From Octopus sinensis (taxonomy: Eukaryota): a DNA stretch of 64,000 nucleotides. Location: the NCBI RefSeq assembly GCF_006345805.1, contig NC_043007.1, positions 76,260,001 through 76,324,000 on the forward strand, written 5' to 3'. Position numbers and translations under genes: made by a program. Of the stretch, positions 26,070 through 40,098 are shown in pieces (the first letter of the stretch is position 1; each line of letters starts with the position of its first letter). The notes under the pieces are model-generated. The model worked only from the letters and a program-made list of their open reading frames with translations, was not told the DNA's origin and ran no database searches.

Positions 26070-26266
26070 TACGTGCACATATATGCATGCATACATACAT
26101 ACATACATACATACATACATGCATGCATACATACATACATACATGCATGCATGCATGCATGCATACATACATACATACATACATACATACATACATACAT
26201 ACATACATGCATGCATGCATGCATACATACATCATACATACATACATACATACATACATACATACA

Positions 26267-26297
<31 letters not shown>
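26070..26297. repeat. (CATA)n/(CATG)n microsatellite; similar tracts at 20100-20430, 27650-27815, 28375-28515, 29643-29750, 51118-51370
   Basis: Direct reading. Confidence 0.95.
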
Positions 26298-26298
<1 letters not shown>

Positions 26299-26899
26299 AC
26301 TGGCGACTCCAAATACACGTTTAATTTAGTAAATTGAACGTGTATTTGCAAGTTGATTTAATTTCTGCCAGCTCTGACTTCGAGTATGGAATTTCTGTCA
26401 ATAACTCGGGCTCCTTTTATTGAGCCTGGTCGCAGTTCATTTATTTTCGTTCAGCGTCTTAGTGATGCCCTGTTTCAAAATATATCATTCGTAGCAGACG
26501 TTCTCTCGACATCGTTCACGCGCGACTGACTCGGGCTCAGAATTTACAGCCCAAGTTATCTTTAATCGTAATAATCAAAAGTAATTCAAATTCAATGTTT
26601 TCTTGAAACAATAAACTTCTATAGAGATTAGGATTTAAAATTCAATCTATGAAAAGTTTCCCTTCTACAATATTTTTAAAGGAACGAAAAATTATCCAGC
26701 AACTCGGGCTAATACGAACAAGCCTTGTAGATGTAAAAGACTAACTGGCATCTCTTGTTAAGAGTACAGATGACGGTCAGATCGCTGATATTTGTTGTGC
26801 ACTCCGCTGTCGTTATTTCATAGTTGTTATTCTGTGCATGTATGTGTAAGGATCACTTGTGTTTTTCAGGGTTGCTTTATTTTTATCCTTAACTTAGAA

Positions 26900-27560
26900 A
26901 TGGAGGAAGACATAGTGCTAGATATAAAAAAAAAATAAGCCATTTAGCGCTAGAAATAAAGCGGCAAAACATGAAATTCTTCGAGCAGGCATGTGTCTTA
27001 TGCGAAATCTGTGATGAGCCCGAGTGTACGAAATCTGTCCATTTTTTTGTTCTAATACAACTACCAGTATGCCTGTGTTGACACGTTCCATCTATGTTAT
27101 TACACCTGGATACTGTGAATGTTTTATCTTGTTTGTTCATGTTGAATTTTGCCTTTGTTAATAGTTTCTTTGGGTAATGTGGTTGCATTTAATTTAAGAT
27201 GTCTGATTAACGCTTTTTAATTTTTTACTTTGTTTCAGGATTGGCAAATTTGTTTTGATGCTGTTAAAATGTTTTGGTGATGCGGATTGTCTATTACTAG
27301 AAATGTATTGTGTTTCGTTGATGAGTTCGTCTTTCTTGTGTTGCTCTAAGTTGTTCTACAGGTATCTCTTTTGCTCGTTGTATGCTATTTTCTATAGGTA
27401 CCAGGGGGTATTTTTGCTTGAGCAGAAATCCTTTGAGTTTTATAATTCGTATGTTCCTGGTATTTAGATCATCTACTATAGTGCAAATTTTCCCGGCTAG
27501 ACAGCACCTGATGTTGCGTTTTGTGCGTGTTGAGTGAAATGATTTTTAAAATTTAAGTAC
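26900..27560 (-). mobile_element. Penelope-like (Neptune-type) fragment: RT thumb/linker
   Basis: TKRNIRCCLAGKICTIVDD..KLKGFLLKQKYPL..NSIQRAKEIP..LRA; KKLLTKAKF..VSRCNN..GTC. Confidence 0.75.
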
Positions 27561-27879
27561 TGGTGTGTATCTGTGCTTTTGTAATAAATATCATTTGTGA
27601 CTGTGGTGTTGTTTTTAATTACCATTATTATTTCTACGGATTACATTATATATGTACGTATGTATGTGTGTATGTATGTGTGTATGTATGTGTGTATGCA
27701 TGTATGTATGTATGTATGTGTGTATGCATGTATGTATGTATGTATGTATGTATGTATGTATGTATGTATGTATGTATGTATGTATGTATGTATGTATGTG
27801 TATGTACGTATGTAGGTATGATTTTTCTTTGAGTTAGAGTCATATTTTGAGAAAGTTCAAGCCGGTTACTAACGAAGCA

Positions 27880-28300
27880 ACATGACTTTTTGAGTTAAGA
27901 GGGTTTCCAATGTTTGTAAGAATTTCGCATGGAGAATTTTTGGAATGTTTTACAAATCTTCACTGTATCATTAATAGAATTTAAAGAATCTGCGTCAGTT
28001 TCTTTTGCTCTTTTTCCGCGAAACCAAGTATTTCTAGGTTTTTGTGCAAATTTGTTGGTACATAACTTAATGCACCTATGATGGTAAGTACAAATGAGAA
28101 TTCATAGTCAGGGTACGAGAGCTCTAAGCGCCACATTAATTCGCCATCAATGTTCTCTTTTTCCTGGACTTTTGGGTGTACATTCACATCTACTGGGCAG
28201 CTGAACTCTAAAAAAGTGCTTGTATTTTATTCAATGTCTCACAGAACAATACTAGGTCTGTTATGTATGCAATGAATTGATGTTCTTATTGGTGTGTTCT
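27880..28300 (-). mobile_element. Degraded C-terminus of an RLE-type (R4/NeSL-like) LINE
   Basis: GELMWRLELSYPDYEFSFVLTIIGALSYVPTNLHKNLEILGF matches the RLE C-terminal .P.I.GALG pattern. Confidence 0.65.
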
Positions 28301-28475
28301 ACCAGTATTCCCTGTTTTTAAATGCGTGAATACCTGCTGGTTCTGACATGCTTTTCATGTATACGCCCGGACAGTATGTATGTATGTATGTATGTATGTA
28401 TGTATGTATGTATGTGTATGTATGTATGTATGCATGCATGCATGCATGTGTGTATGTATGCATGTATGTATGTAT

Positions 28476-28508
<33 letters not shown>

Positions 28509-28974
28509 GCGTGTGTATATATCCGTAACGCTTTCTATTCGAACACTTAACTTCATTATTAGAAAAGTTGCATTTGTCAGTTTGAACTACTATCCTCCAT
28601 TACACGTTAAATTTTAAATAACAGCACTGAATTGAAGAAACTCTTGTTAAAAGCTTAGAGAAATATCTGCGACTTTACCCGATGATACATCAGCAACAGC
28701 TTGCTAACAGTGTTTGACAACTATTTGTGAAAGAGCAGTTATATAATTTACTTCATATTATTTTGTGCTTTTGTGCATTATTTCATTTCTATACAACTTA
28801 TGATCTCACTATCTATCAGTATATAGATACATACATGGTGGCTGCCCCCTCGTTATCGAGTTTGGCCATTGCACGAAGCTTAATCAATGTTGCTATCGTG
28901 CAATGCCTGTGCAAGAAGATTTTTTTTAAGTGAGGAAAGGCTGTGCACTGAGTCAATCCCACTCACTAAGCAAC

Positions 28975-29640
28975 AGTAGCCATCATCATCATTGTTCGAC
29001 CGTGGTCGAGACAATGGTATTTACCATGCTACGCCAGACTTCACGGTCCATCGTGGCATTACGGAGGTCCTGTTACTGGATGCCTGTATCCCTGGAGATT
29101 ACATCAGGGTAGGAGAGTGTGCGCCCTCTGGTATTGCAAGTAGATGGCTTCCAGAGGAGAAGAGTAGAAATTACCTCTTTTTCAGCTTTACAACAATGTC
29201 CAGCAAACTGGACTCTCTTACCTTTCACAAGCAGCCATAATCCGAAAAGAAGAACAAGTCAGCATCATCGGTAACCACTGAGCCGCAGGTTTTATGTCGG
29301 AGTTATCCCAGTTACCCGAGTTACCTTGTCCTAGAAGGATGCCCTAACAAAGGTTAGGAGTCCTTCACTCCCAATGGTTTAACCGTGTGATCGGGTATTC
29401 AGTCCGATTATTTCTATGTCCCCGCGCATGATACATTCTTAAGACATTTATTAGATGGCCGTTGACTCTCAAGAGTTCCTCTGCCCTTTGACGGGTTTGG
29501 TCCTTCATGCCGCAGGGTGTCCAATAAACACCCTCCTCACCAAGCAAGCTTGGTGGGGTTGCCGGTTTAGTCGCCGACGACCCGACCATGCAACAGGTTG
29601 TACTGGGTTACATGTTACCAGTAGCACTCGAAAGTGACCT
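28975..29640 (-). mobile_element. Internally deleted (non-autonomous) RTE: 5'UTR joined to the 3' end
   Basis: Minus strand ends VWRSMVNTIVSTTVEQ* followed by (TGA)n; 5' part homologous to 23540-23700. Confidence 0.65.
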
Positions 29641-29939
29641 GACATACATAATACATACATACATACATACATACATACATACATACAAACGTACATACAT
29701 ACATACATACATACATACATACATACATACATACATACATACATACATACCCTGTTGTTGATGTTCAAATTCCAATCTTGAAATAAAACTGAACAATGAC
29801 ATGCACACGTACATACATATTCTTTTATATATCGTTTTACTCGTTTCAGTCAAGCGGTTGCGGCCTAGTAGGAGCACCACCATGATTTTAGACTTTTACA
29901 TATCACTCTGTTTTGGCTACGTTCTCCGGTGTGGTAGGG

Positions 29940-30935
29940 TTTCCTATCACCACTTCTACATGTGTTTTTTTCTCTTTGGTGTTAGCCCATTTAGTGCATG
30001 AGGAAGTTTAAAACTGCTGCTCTTATCTATGCCTCATGCCGGGCTGTTGGTTCATCCAGAATCGCGGATAGCAGAATGTCCATTTTGGTTCTCGAGAGTC
30101 TATATTGATTGCGACTGAGAACAAAAGTCCTCCAGTAGCCAACATGATATCTTTGTCTCTTGTCTTGAAGAATTTTAGTATCCATCCTTCCAGTTTTCAG
30201 CACTCTGCACTCTATTACCATCTTGGTAATGTGTATGTGAAAGGATACATCCTCACACATACTCGTCCCCAAGTCTCTCACTGTCTGAGATTCTTGGACT
30301 GCAGCATCTTCGGTTCTTGTATGTGCAGGCTGTGGCGGATTTAAGACTGACAGCGTAGTGCTTGAAATTTTCCAGCTTTAAACTGCATATTGTTTTCTTC
30401 AGCCCACTTATATATTGCATTTAAGTCCTGTTGTAAGCTTGCTACAACATCTGGGTTCTTTATTGCCTGTGATAATTTTATATCATCGGAATAGCAAATG
30501 ACAATGGCTGTCTGAGTGACTAAGGGCATGTCTAAGAGACATATAAACAATAATGGCCCCAAGACAGTTTCCTGAGGGACGCCTCTCAGAACTTGTGCTT
30601 CCCCAGAGAGGCCACGATTCGCTGAAATTAACTACTTCTGTTTTTTAAGAAGTTATAGCAGCTATCCAATTGGCTTGTGACATAGCATCCCATGATTCAC
30701 CTTATTCAAGGCCTTTGCGAAGTCAACGTATATCACATTGACATCTGAGTGGTCAAGCAGCTGCTTCAAAACACAGTTATAGTGCGAAACGAGCTGTATG
30801 AAGCAGCTTCTTGGGCGGAAGCCATGCTGTGTATCGTTCAGTGAGTCATTGTTTTCTAGGAACGTTATCTATTTCTTTCTGAAGATTCGTTCCATGACTT
30901 TACTGATATATGAAGTCAGAGAGATTGGCCTGTAC
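29940..30935 (-). mobile_element. CR1-type LINE RT fragment
   Basis: FQP...YVDFAKALNKVNH, GVPQETVLGPLL, YSDDIKL, LQQDLNAIYKWAEENNMQF, RDLG. Confidence 0.9.
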
Positions 30936-30939
30936 CTTT

Positions 30940-31138
30940 TAGACAACAAACAGATGTATTAGTATAATTCTTTGGAAGTGAAAAAATCTTTAACGTTTCG
31001 AGCCTACGCTCTTCTACAGAAAGTAAACAAGGAGAGAAAATAAAGAATGTGTAGTGGCTAGTGATCTTTCATGGCGAATGATAGTGGCTAGCGTTCTATC
31101 ATGGCGAATGATAGTGGCTAGCGTTCTATCATGGCAAA
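30940..31138 (-). mobile_element. PLE-type 3' fragment with hammerhead-like motif and a 30-bp tandem repeat
   Basis: Minus strand cttt-CTGTAGA-a-GAGC gtag GCTC-GAAAC-GTT-aaag; gtggctagcgttctatcatggcgaatgata repeated ~2.5 times at 31053-31135. Confidence 0.6.
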
Positions 31139-31224
31139 TATATATATATAGTGATTTTATATATATACATTAAGTTCTTTGCCAGCATCTAGAATTTAAG
31201 GGCATACTTTTGAAGGAAGTAAGC

Positions 31225-31517
31225 ACTTCTATTTACATTATTTACAATTGTTTGCTGCTAACACAAAGTTTCGGCTGATATACTCTCCAGCCTTCATCAG
31301 GTGTCTTGGGGAAATTTCGAACCTGGGTTCTCATTCTTAAGGTGTTTTTCGATGTTGTTGTTGTTGTTGTTATTATTATTATTGTTGTTATTGTTGTTGT
31401 TGTTGTTGTAATGTTGTTGTTGTTGTTCAGGTCACTGCCTGGAATTGAACTCGGAATCTTGGGGTTAGTAGCTCGGGCTACTAACCCCAAGATTCCGAGT
31501 TCGATTCCAGGCAGTGA

Positions 31518-31583
<66 letters not shown>

Positions 31584-31755
31584 CAACAACAACACAACAA
31601 CAACAACATTGAAAAATACCTTAGGAATGAGAACCCAAGTTCGAAATTTCCCTAAGATACCCGATCAATGCTGGAGGGTATATCAGCCGAAATGTTGTGT
31701 TAACAACAAAGAAGATGGGGACGAATATCCTTCAATTGTAAATAATGTAAATAAT
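31225..31755. mobile_element. Head-to-head palindrome of the tRNA-head/(AAT)n/hammerhead element
   Basis: Centre ~31474; caggtcactgcctggaattgaactcggaatcttggggttagtagc is mirrored by gctactaaccccaagattccgagttcgattccaggcagtgacctg; both arms continue through (AAT/AAC)n into the same tail. Confidence 0.9.
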
Positions 31756-32100
31756 ATATTAGTCCCTTTGACCAAGATAAGCTTCAATAGTCTTAGCTAT
31801 GCTGGTGAGAAATGATTGGACATAATCATCTCAGTGGTTGCTATTTTCCTGGGTAACAAGTATTAGCACTTCTTTGTAGAAAAGAGAATTGGATTGTTTT
31901 GTGAAATGTTACCTTCATTTTGTTTCACTGTTGCTAATAGTTTTCACTAGGATTTTTTCATATTTTCTTTACATTATATAAGTTTGAATTGTGTAAATCG
32001 ATCAGTCCGTCACTACTTCGCCGACTTACCTAAATCCATGTCATTTGCTGTTTTGAGTACTTATTTTGTACTTGTTATATTCTGTTATGATTGTATTTGG

Positions 32101-32711
<611 letters not shown>

Positions 32712-35700
32712 TGACAGATCCCGTCTTTTTCCCTTTCTTTTCGTTTCCTTCTCCGTATTTTATTCTCATTATTTCGAACTAATACAGACACGGTGAGCCT
32801 TGAAGAAAGGAAGAGGAGGAAAGGAAAAAAAAAATGTCCGGAGATAAAACTATCAACAAAAAAATACAGACGAATATAGATCTGCTAGTCTTAAGAAGCG
32901 GCGCTATGAGCAATGCTTACATGTAGTGAACCCTAAACTGACAGATCCATCTCCTAATATAAGAATGGATGCTCGTCATGCTTCAAGGTCAACAAATCAA
33001 ACAATAAACCGCATTGGTCATTGCGCGGATTACAAAAGACCACGTACCCGAAAATTGAACCAAATCCTGATTGAAAAATCAGTTACTGGATCAAATCTAC
33101 CCAACACACAGGAGCTGGACGAACCCCACAACCGGAATATTCCAACAGATGGCCATCCATGCTCATCACCAAATAATCAAAAGAAAAAGAAGGAAAAATG
33201 GTCTAGGGAAGATAATAAAGAAGTTCTTGAGGCCTTCTACCATGCCATATATTTCCTCACAGATAAGTCTAGCACTGTACAAGCATACTTAAACTGGAGA
33301 CAGAAACACCCTGAAGTAAGACCCTACATAGACAGTAACAAGCTTGCCAATGTTAGAAGAAACATTATAAAAAAGAAATTACTGACTGAAGTAGAGATTG
33401 ATCAGGTTAGACAAGCAATATCGGATAAAATGAACGAAGCTGCAGCTAGAGAAGATAATACAGAGGAAATGATTATAGACCAGCCCAGGGCGGATAAAAA
33501 CGAAGAGAGGATTGAAAGAGTTAGTATAAGTGATAGGCAAAGTGAAATACTCCCTGAACCAATCATAAACACTAAGACAGATGAGCATCAAATAGATAAA
33601 GAAAGTCACACAAATATTGACCCAACAGAACTACATGAGCTAAAAAATCAAATCATGATTGAATGGCTGAAAATTAAAGAAACCAGCATGGATGAGCGTG
33701 ATACACTTCCTAAAATCCGCAACTCTAACCAAAACATGAAAATAATTGGTAAAATCCGGCTTGCACTTAAGGATATAATTTCAGTTAATGATGTTGATAT
33801 CACAAACCTCAACCACCTATACTATGCATCCGCGAAAATCTCAACGATCCTATGTGGTGTAAAGATTAGAAAACGGCAACAGTCCCACAAAAAGCCTCCT
33901 TGGCAAGAGCGTCTGCAACAACAAATTAAAATATTTAGATCTGACATTGAATATTTGAAAAACCTTAAGGCTCACAAGACTACAAAACCTACAAAAACCC
34001 AAAAATTACTGAAAAAATACAATATGAAAACTATACTTGATATTGATGCCACCATAGAAACCATCAAACAAAAGGTATCTACCAAAGCTGCCCGCATAGC
34101 GAGGTATGAAAAGCGTGTTAGATTTTTCAAGGACAACAACATGTTCAAAAATAACACCAAGAATTTTTACAGGAAGATAGGAAAAACAGCGTTTACTGCA
34201 GGGTCTGTACCATCAAAAGAAGAAGTGCAGAGATTTTGGAATAAAATCTGGGCAGAAGAAAAAACACACAACGAAAAGGCCCCCTGGATTGACAGAATAT
34301 CTACAGAACTGGACCCCTTAGAAGAGCAAAAGTGGGAGGGTGTCAAGGTATAAGATATAAGATCTGCTCTCAGGGGGTCAAGCAAATGGAAGTCTCCAGG
34401 AAAGGATAAAATTCCTAACTTCTGGCTGAATGCCTTCCCAGAGAGCCATGAACTGCTAACAGAACTGTACAATGATGTTTTGCAACACCCTAGTAGGATG
34501 CCTCCTTGGCTAGTTAATGGGTTAACATTCCTGCTTCCAAAACGTGAAGAAACAAATGAACCAAAAAACTATAGACCCATAACCTGCTTAACAACTATGT
34601 ACAAAACACTAACATCTGTCCTGACGGAATATACCTATAGTTTTTTAACAGACAGCAGCATATTCCCTAATGAACAGAAAGGATGTAAACGTGGATCCTA
34701 CGGCTGTAAAGACCAACTACTCATCAATAAGATGATCTTAGAAGATTGTCACAAACGACACAAAAACTTATCAATAGCCTGGATAGACTATAAAAAGGCT
34801 TTTGATAGCCTACCACATAGCTGGATTAGGAAATGCCTTGAAATGTATAAGATAGCACCAACTCTGCGAAACTTCTTGACTGTAAGTATGAGATCATGGA
34901 GAACAACACTAACTCTGAACAGTGACAGTGAATCCCTAAATGCTGGTGATGTAAAAATTTCGTGTGGCATTTTCCAGGGTGACTCACTGTCACCACTCCT
35001 CTTTTGTTTATCCTTAATACCTCTCTCAAAGCTGCTCAATGACGCGCAGTACGGGTATAAAATGTTTGATAAAAATATAAATCATCTCGTTTACATGGAT
35101 GATTTAAAGCTTTTTGCAAAAAATGATCAACAACTCAAGGGCTTACTAGCGATAGTCAAACAATTCAGTGACGACATCAGAATGCAATTCGGCCTCGATA
35201 AATGTGCAAAGGCTACCTTTATCAAAGGAAAAATGACAGAAACATCTAACGTTAACCTTGACCAACAGAATGTCATAAAAGAACTAGACCCAGCGGAGAG
35301 CTACAAGTACCTAGGGGTAATTGAAGGGAACGGAATAAGGCATTCAGAGATGAAGGAAAGGATCAGGAGAGAATGCTATCGAAGAGTGAGAGCAATACTC
35401 AAGACAGAGCTGAATGCAAGAAACAGGATCGAAGCGATCAATGCATTAGCTATACCAGTCGTGACTTACAGTTTCAATATTGTTAACTGGTCAATTACTG
35501 AAATATGTCAGCTCGACAGAAAAATAAGGAAACTGTTGACAATGCATAGAATGCACCACCCTAAGGCAGATACAGAACGACTCTATCTGCCAAGAAAAGA
35601 GGGAGGCCGTGGTCTTTTGCAACTGGCAATAACAATGAAGATTGCTACAATTGGCCTAGACACCTACCTGAAAACCTCTGAGGACTGGATGTTAAAACTT

Positions 35701-36824
35701 GTCTCAAAACATGAAAACAAGAAAGCATCATACTCAGTCACAAAACAGGCAAAGGAATATCTAAGTGAATTCCGAATACAACCAATTTCGGAATTAGAGA
35801 TAGATATACAAGAAACAAGCACAGAAAAAGCTAGGCGCATGAAAACCCGTGCCAAAACTGCGGCCTTAGATATTCTGAATAATAAATGGCAAGAAAAACC
35901 TCTCTATGGCAAATACCCAAAGAGAGCAAATAATGCAGATATCGACAAAGCCCTGACCCATCAATGGCTAATGGCCTCTGGCTTAAAATCTGAAACAGAG
36001 GGGTTTATCATAGCAGCTCAAGATCAATGCCTACCAACAAGAAACTACCAGGCCAACATATTAAAGATCAGAAGCAGTCCAACGTGTCGTGTATGCAAGC
36101 AACAAAATGAAACCATTGACCATGTGGTCTCCAAGTGCAGTCTTCTAGCGCCTACAGAGTATCTCAACAGACACGATAGAGCTGCACAATATATTCACTG
36201 GGCAATCTGCAAAAACCTGGATTTGCCCCATGAAAAAAACTGGTGGGAACACAAACCACCCCAGTGCTTGAAAATGACCACATCTCACTCCTCTGGAACT
36301 TCACCATTCAAACTGACAGGAAGATAGATGCAAATAGGCCAGACATCATATTGAAAGACTTCAAACAAAGAACATGCCTCCTCATTGATATGACTGTCCC
36401 AATCGATATAAACGTATCTGTCAAGACCTACCAAAAACTGAGCAAATATAAAGATCTTGAAATAGAAATCAGCAAAATGTGGAAGCTGAAGACTAAAACA
36501 ATACCTGTTGTCATAGGTGCCCTGGGAATGATAGCAAAAGGGGCTGATAGCTACCTAACTCAGATACCAGGAAACCCAAAAATGGCAGAAGTTCAAAACA
36601 TAGTGCTCATGGGAACTGCTCATATCCTACGCAAAATACTCTCTATGTAATCTCAAGGTTTAAAACAAACATAATTTTCGGTTAAAAATACAACATCCCC
36701 ACCCCCCAAATATATGGCACACTAGGCATAGCAACAACATGAACTTCCAACCCTGTTGTCTCTTGAGGTCTCTGGGTGAGACTTGGAGCCAACTTGTACA
36801 AATATAAAGCAAAAGTCAAACATA

Positions 36825-36825
<1 letters not shown>
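32712..36825 (+). mobile_element. Near-full-length R4/Dong-clade LINE, family D1 (single ORF ~32926-36650, one premature stop, one -1 frameshift)
   Basis: N-terminal KWSREDN..W..KHP motif typical of R4/Dong; RT QKGCKRGSYGCKDQLL, GIFQGDSLSP, YMDD; CCHC CRVC..ETIDHVVSKC; RLE RPDII..D..K..KY.DL; TAA at 34351 reads through in frame; C-run -1 at ~36260 relative to the 54377 copy. Confidence 0.97.
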
Positions 36826-36883
<58 letters not shown>

Positions 36884-36917
36884 TAATAATAATAATATTA
36901 TTAATAATAATAATATA

Positions 36918-37018
<101 letters not shown>

Positions 37019-37033
37019 TTAATAATAATAATA

Positions 37034-37066
<33 letters not shown>

Positions 37067-39910
37067 GGAGTGAATATTGCTAGAGGAGAATATTAAGCCG
37101 AGAAAAGCTAGAAAAATCAAGCAAAAATATAAAATCAAAGATCTCATAAACCTCCCTGCAACTAAGGAACTGTTGAAACAACGGATACAGTTGAAAGCTC
37201 AACGGCTTAGAAGGTATGACAAAAGAAACAAATTTTATCGACAAAATAAATTTTTTAAGACAGATGCAAAGAAATTTTATAGGGAAATTGGCAAAAATAA
37301 AATACACATAGAAGATCCACCTAAGATTGAGGAAGTGGAGGAGTTCTGGAAGAAGGTATGGAGCAACGAAAAAGAGTTTAATGCTGAGGCTGACTGGATA
37401 GAACGTGAGAAAGAGAGACTGGATGAACTTGAAGAACAGAAATGGGAAGCAATAGGAATAGAGGAGCTAAGGTGTGTCCTTAGGAAGGCTCATAAATGGA
37501 AAACCCCAGGACTGGATCGGATCCCTAACTTCTGGCTGAATTGTTTGACAGAGGTACACGAACATCTCGCTGCATCTCTGTCTGATGTCATTCAGAACCC
37601 AGAGCAAATACCTGCTTGGCTGACTGAAGGAACCACCTACCTATTACCTAAAACCGAAGACACAAAAAACCCAAAGAATTACCGGCCAATAACATGTCTC
37701 AACACCACCTACAAAATCCTCACATCCATAATAACGGAGAGAATGTACACTTTCCTTGAACAAAATTCTATCCTTCCACAAGCTCAAAAAGGTTGTAAAA
37801 GAAACTCTTATGGGTGCAAAGACCAATTGCTCATAAACAGAATGATTGTAGAGAATTGCCGGAGCAAAAACAAAAACCTGAGTATGGCATGGATAGACTA
37901 CAGGAAAGCGTATGACAGTGTCCCACATAAATGGATACTCAAGGCCCTTGAGATATACAAGATCTCTCCTGTCGTCTCAAAATTCTTAGAGAATAGCATG
38001 ACCATGTGGAACACACGTCTCTTTCTAAGCCATGGTAATGGGATGAGCCAGTCCAACAGCATCAACATCAAACGAGGCATCTTTCAAGGTGACTCCCTCT
38101 CTCCATTACTTTTTTGCATGGCACTGATCCCACTCTCAAACGAATTGGATAGTACCAGATATGGGTACAAAGTTTTTAGTAAGTTAATAAACCACCTTTT
38201 CTATATGGACGACCTAAAGCTGTTTGCCAGGAATGACCAAGAGCTAGAAGGGCTGCTAACAACTGTTAAAGAGTTTAGCAATGATATCGGAATGGATTTT
38301 GGCCTTGATAAGTGTGCTAAAGCAACTTTTGTAAGAGGCAAGCTCAGGCAAACAGCTTCTGTTAAATTAGATATTGACACTACCATCAAGGAACTTGACC
38401 CACAGGAAAGTTACAAATACCTTGGAATCAACGAAGGAGATGGTATACATCATGCTACTATGAAGGAAAAAATAAGAAAGGAATACTATAGGAGAATAAG
38501 GCTTGTACTGAAGACTGAACTCAACTCCAAAAATTGCATTGAGGCCATTAACACCCTGGCACTTCCAGTAGTCCAGTACAGTTTTAACATCATTAACTGG
38601 AACCTTACGGAACTCCAACGCTTGGACAGGAAGACAAGAAAGTTACTGACATCCAAGAGCATGCACCACCCTAAGGCAGATGTAGACCGCTTGTACCTAC
38701 CTAGAAGCAGCGGGGGGAGAGGAATGATGCAATTAGAGCTGTGCTATAAGACCTCTACTGTAGGAATGAACAGGTACCTATCTAGTACAAAGGACTGGAT
38801 GCTGCGACTTGTGTGCGAACACGAAAGCGGCAAAAAGCTACATTCTATTGTCAAGGAAGCTTATAAGTTCGAAAGGGAACTAGACATTAACCTTGAATCA
38901 GATGAAGAGCCGGAAACCATTGCTACCAAGCAAGCAAAGCGAATCAAGCAGACTGCAAAAAAGAACGGGCAGAATCAAATTGAGAGGCGGTGGAGCCAGA
39001 AGCCCCTGCATGGACAATATATTCTCCGAAGCCAAAATGCTGATGTAGACCAAGCAACAACCCATCAGTGGCTGAAGAGTTCTGGATTGAAAGCAGAGAC
39101 TGAAGGCTTCATAATGGCAGCACAAGATCAAAGCTTGTTTACCAGAAATTACCAGGCTAACGTTCTCCGAAACGGTACTGACCCTAAATGCAGATTCTGC
39201 GACACATTTGACGAAACGATAGACCATCTCGTTTCGGGATGTCCTGTGCTGACACCAAACGAATACAAAAATCGCCACGATAGGGTAGGACAGTATATAC
39301 ATTGGAAGATATGTAAACACTACAAATCCGACACTCCTGCTAACTGGTATGAACACTATCCTCAGCCAGTTGTTGAAGGTAAAGATGTCACCATCCTCTG
39401 GGATTTTCCAGTCAACACTGACAGAACGATCAAGGCTAATCGACCAGACATAATTGTTAAACACAGGGAAGAAAATACCTGCAGACTAATAGAAGTAAGC
39501 GTCCCCACTGATAAAAATGTATCTGTCAAGGAATTTGACAAACTTAGTAAATATAAGGAGCTGGAAATCGAAATACAGAGGATGTGGAATCTTAAAACAA
39601 AAACTGTTCCTGTTATTGTAGGTGCCCTAGGTATGATAAAAAGGGATGTCAGAAACACCTAGACAATCCCTGGAAAACCATGTCTCAAGGAAATCCAAAA
39701 GATTGTGCTAACAAGTACTGCCCACATCCTTAGAAAAACCCTATCAATGTAAATGTTTGTGTTTGCATTACATGGAGATATATCTCTACTTCCCCTCCCC
39801 AAGCTTTCAGCTATATTTCAACAACTCTTAACCTTCACTTGCCCTAGGGCGCTGGGTGTGCCCCGGCAGGTGATTGCATCAAACATGCGGATTAAAAGTA
39901 AATGTCAATG
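37067..39910 (+). mobile_element. 5'-truncated R4/Dong LINE, family D2
   Basis: 861-aa open frame 37077-39662 with RT (YMDD), CCHC and RLE; frameshift near the C-terminus; ends in (AAT)n. Confidence 0.97.
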
Positions 39911-39983
39911 AATAATAATAATAATAATAATAATAATATAATAATAATAATAATAATAATATAATAATAATAATATTAATAAT

Positions 39984-40079
<96 letters not shown>

Positions 40080-40098
40080 TAATAATAATAATAATAAT

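Noticed and set aside
31053-31135. 30-bp direct repeats, CRISPR-like at a glance
   Set aside because: Contiguous tandem units with no spacers, in eukaryotic DNA with no cas genes.
32712-32925. HDV-like ribozyme at the 5' end of the full-length Dong copy
   Set aside because: Expected from other R-clade elements, but I could not build the nested double pseudoknot by eye.
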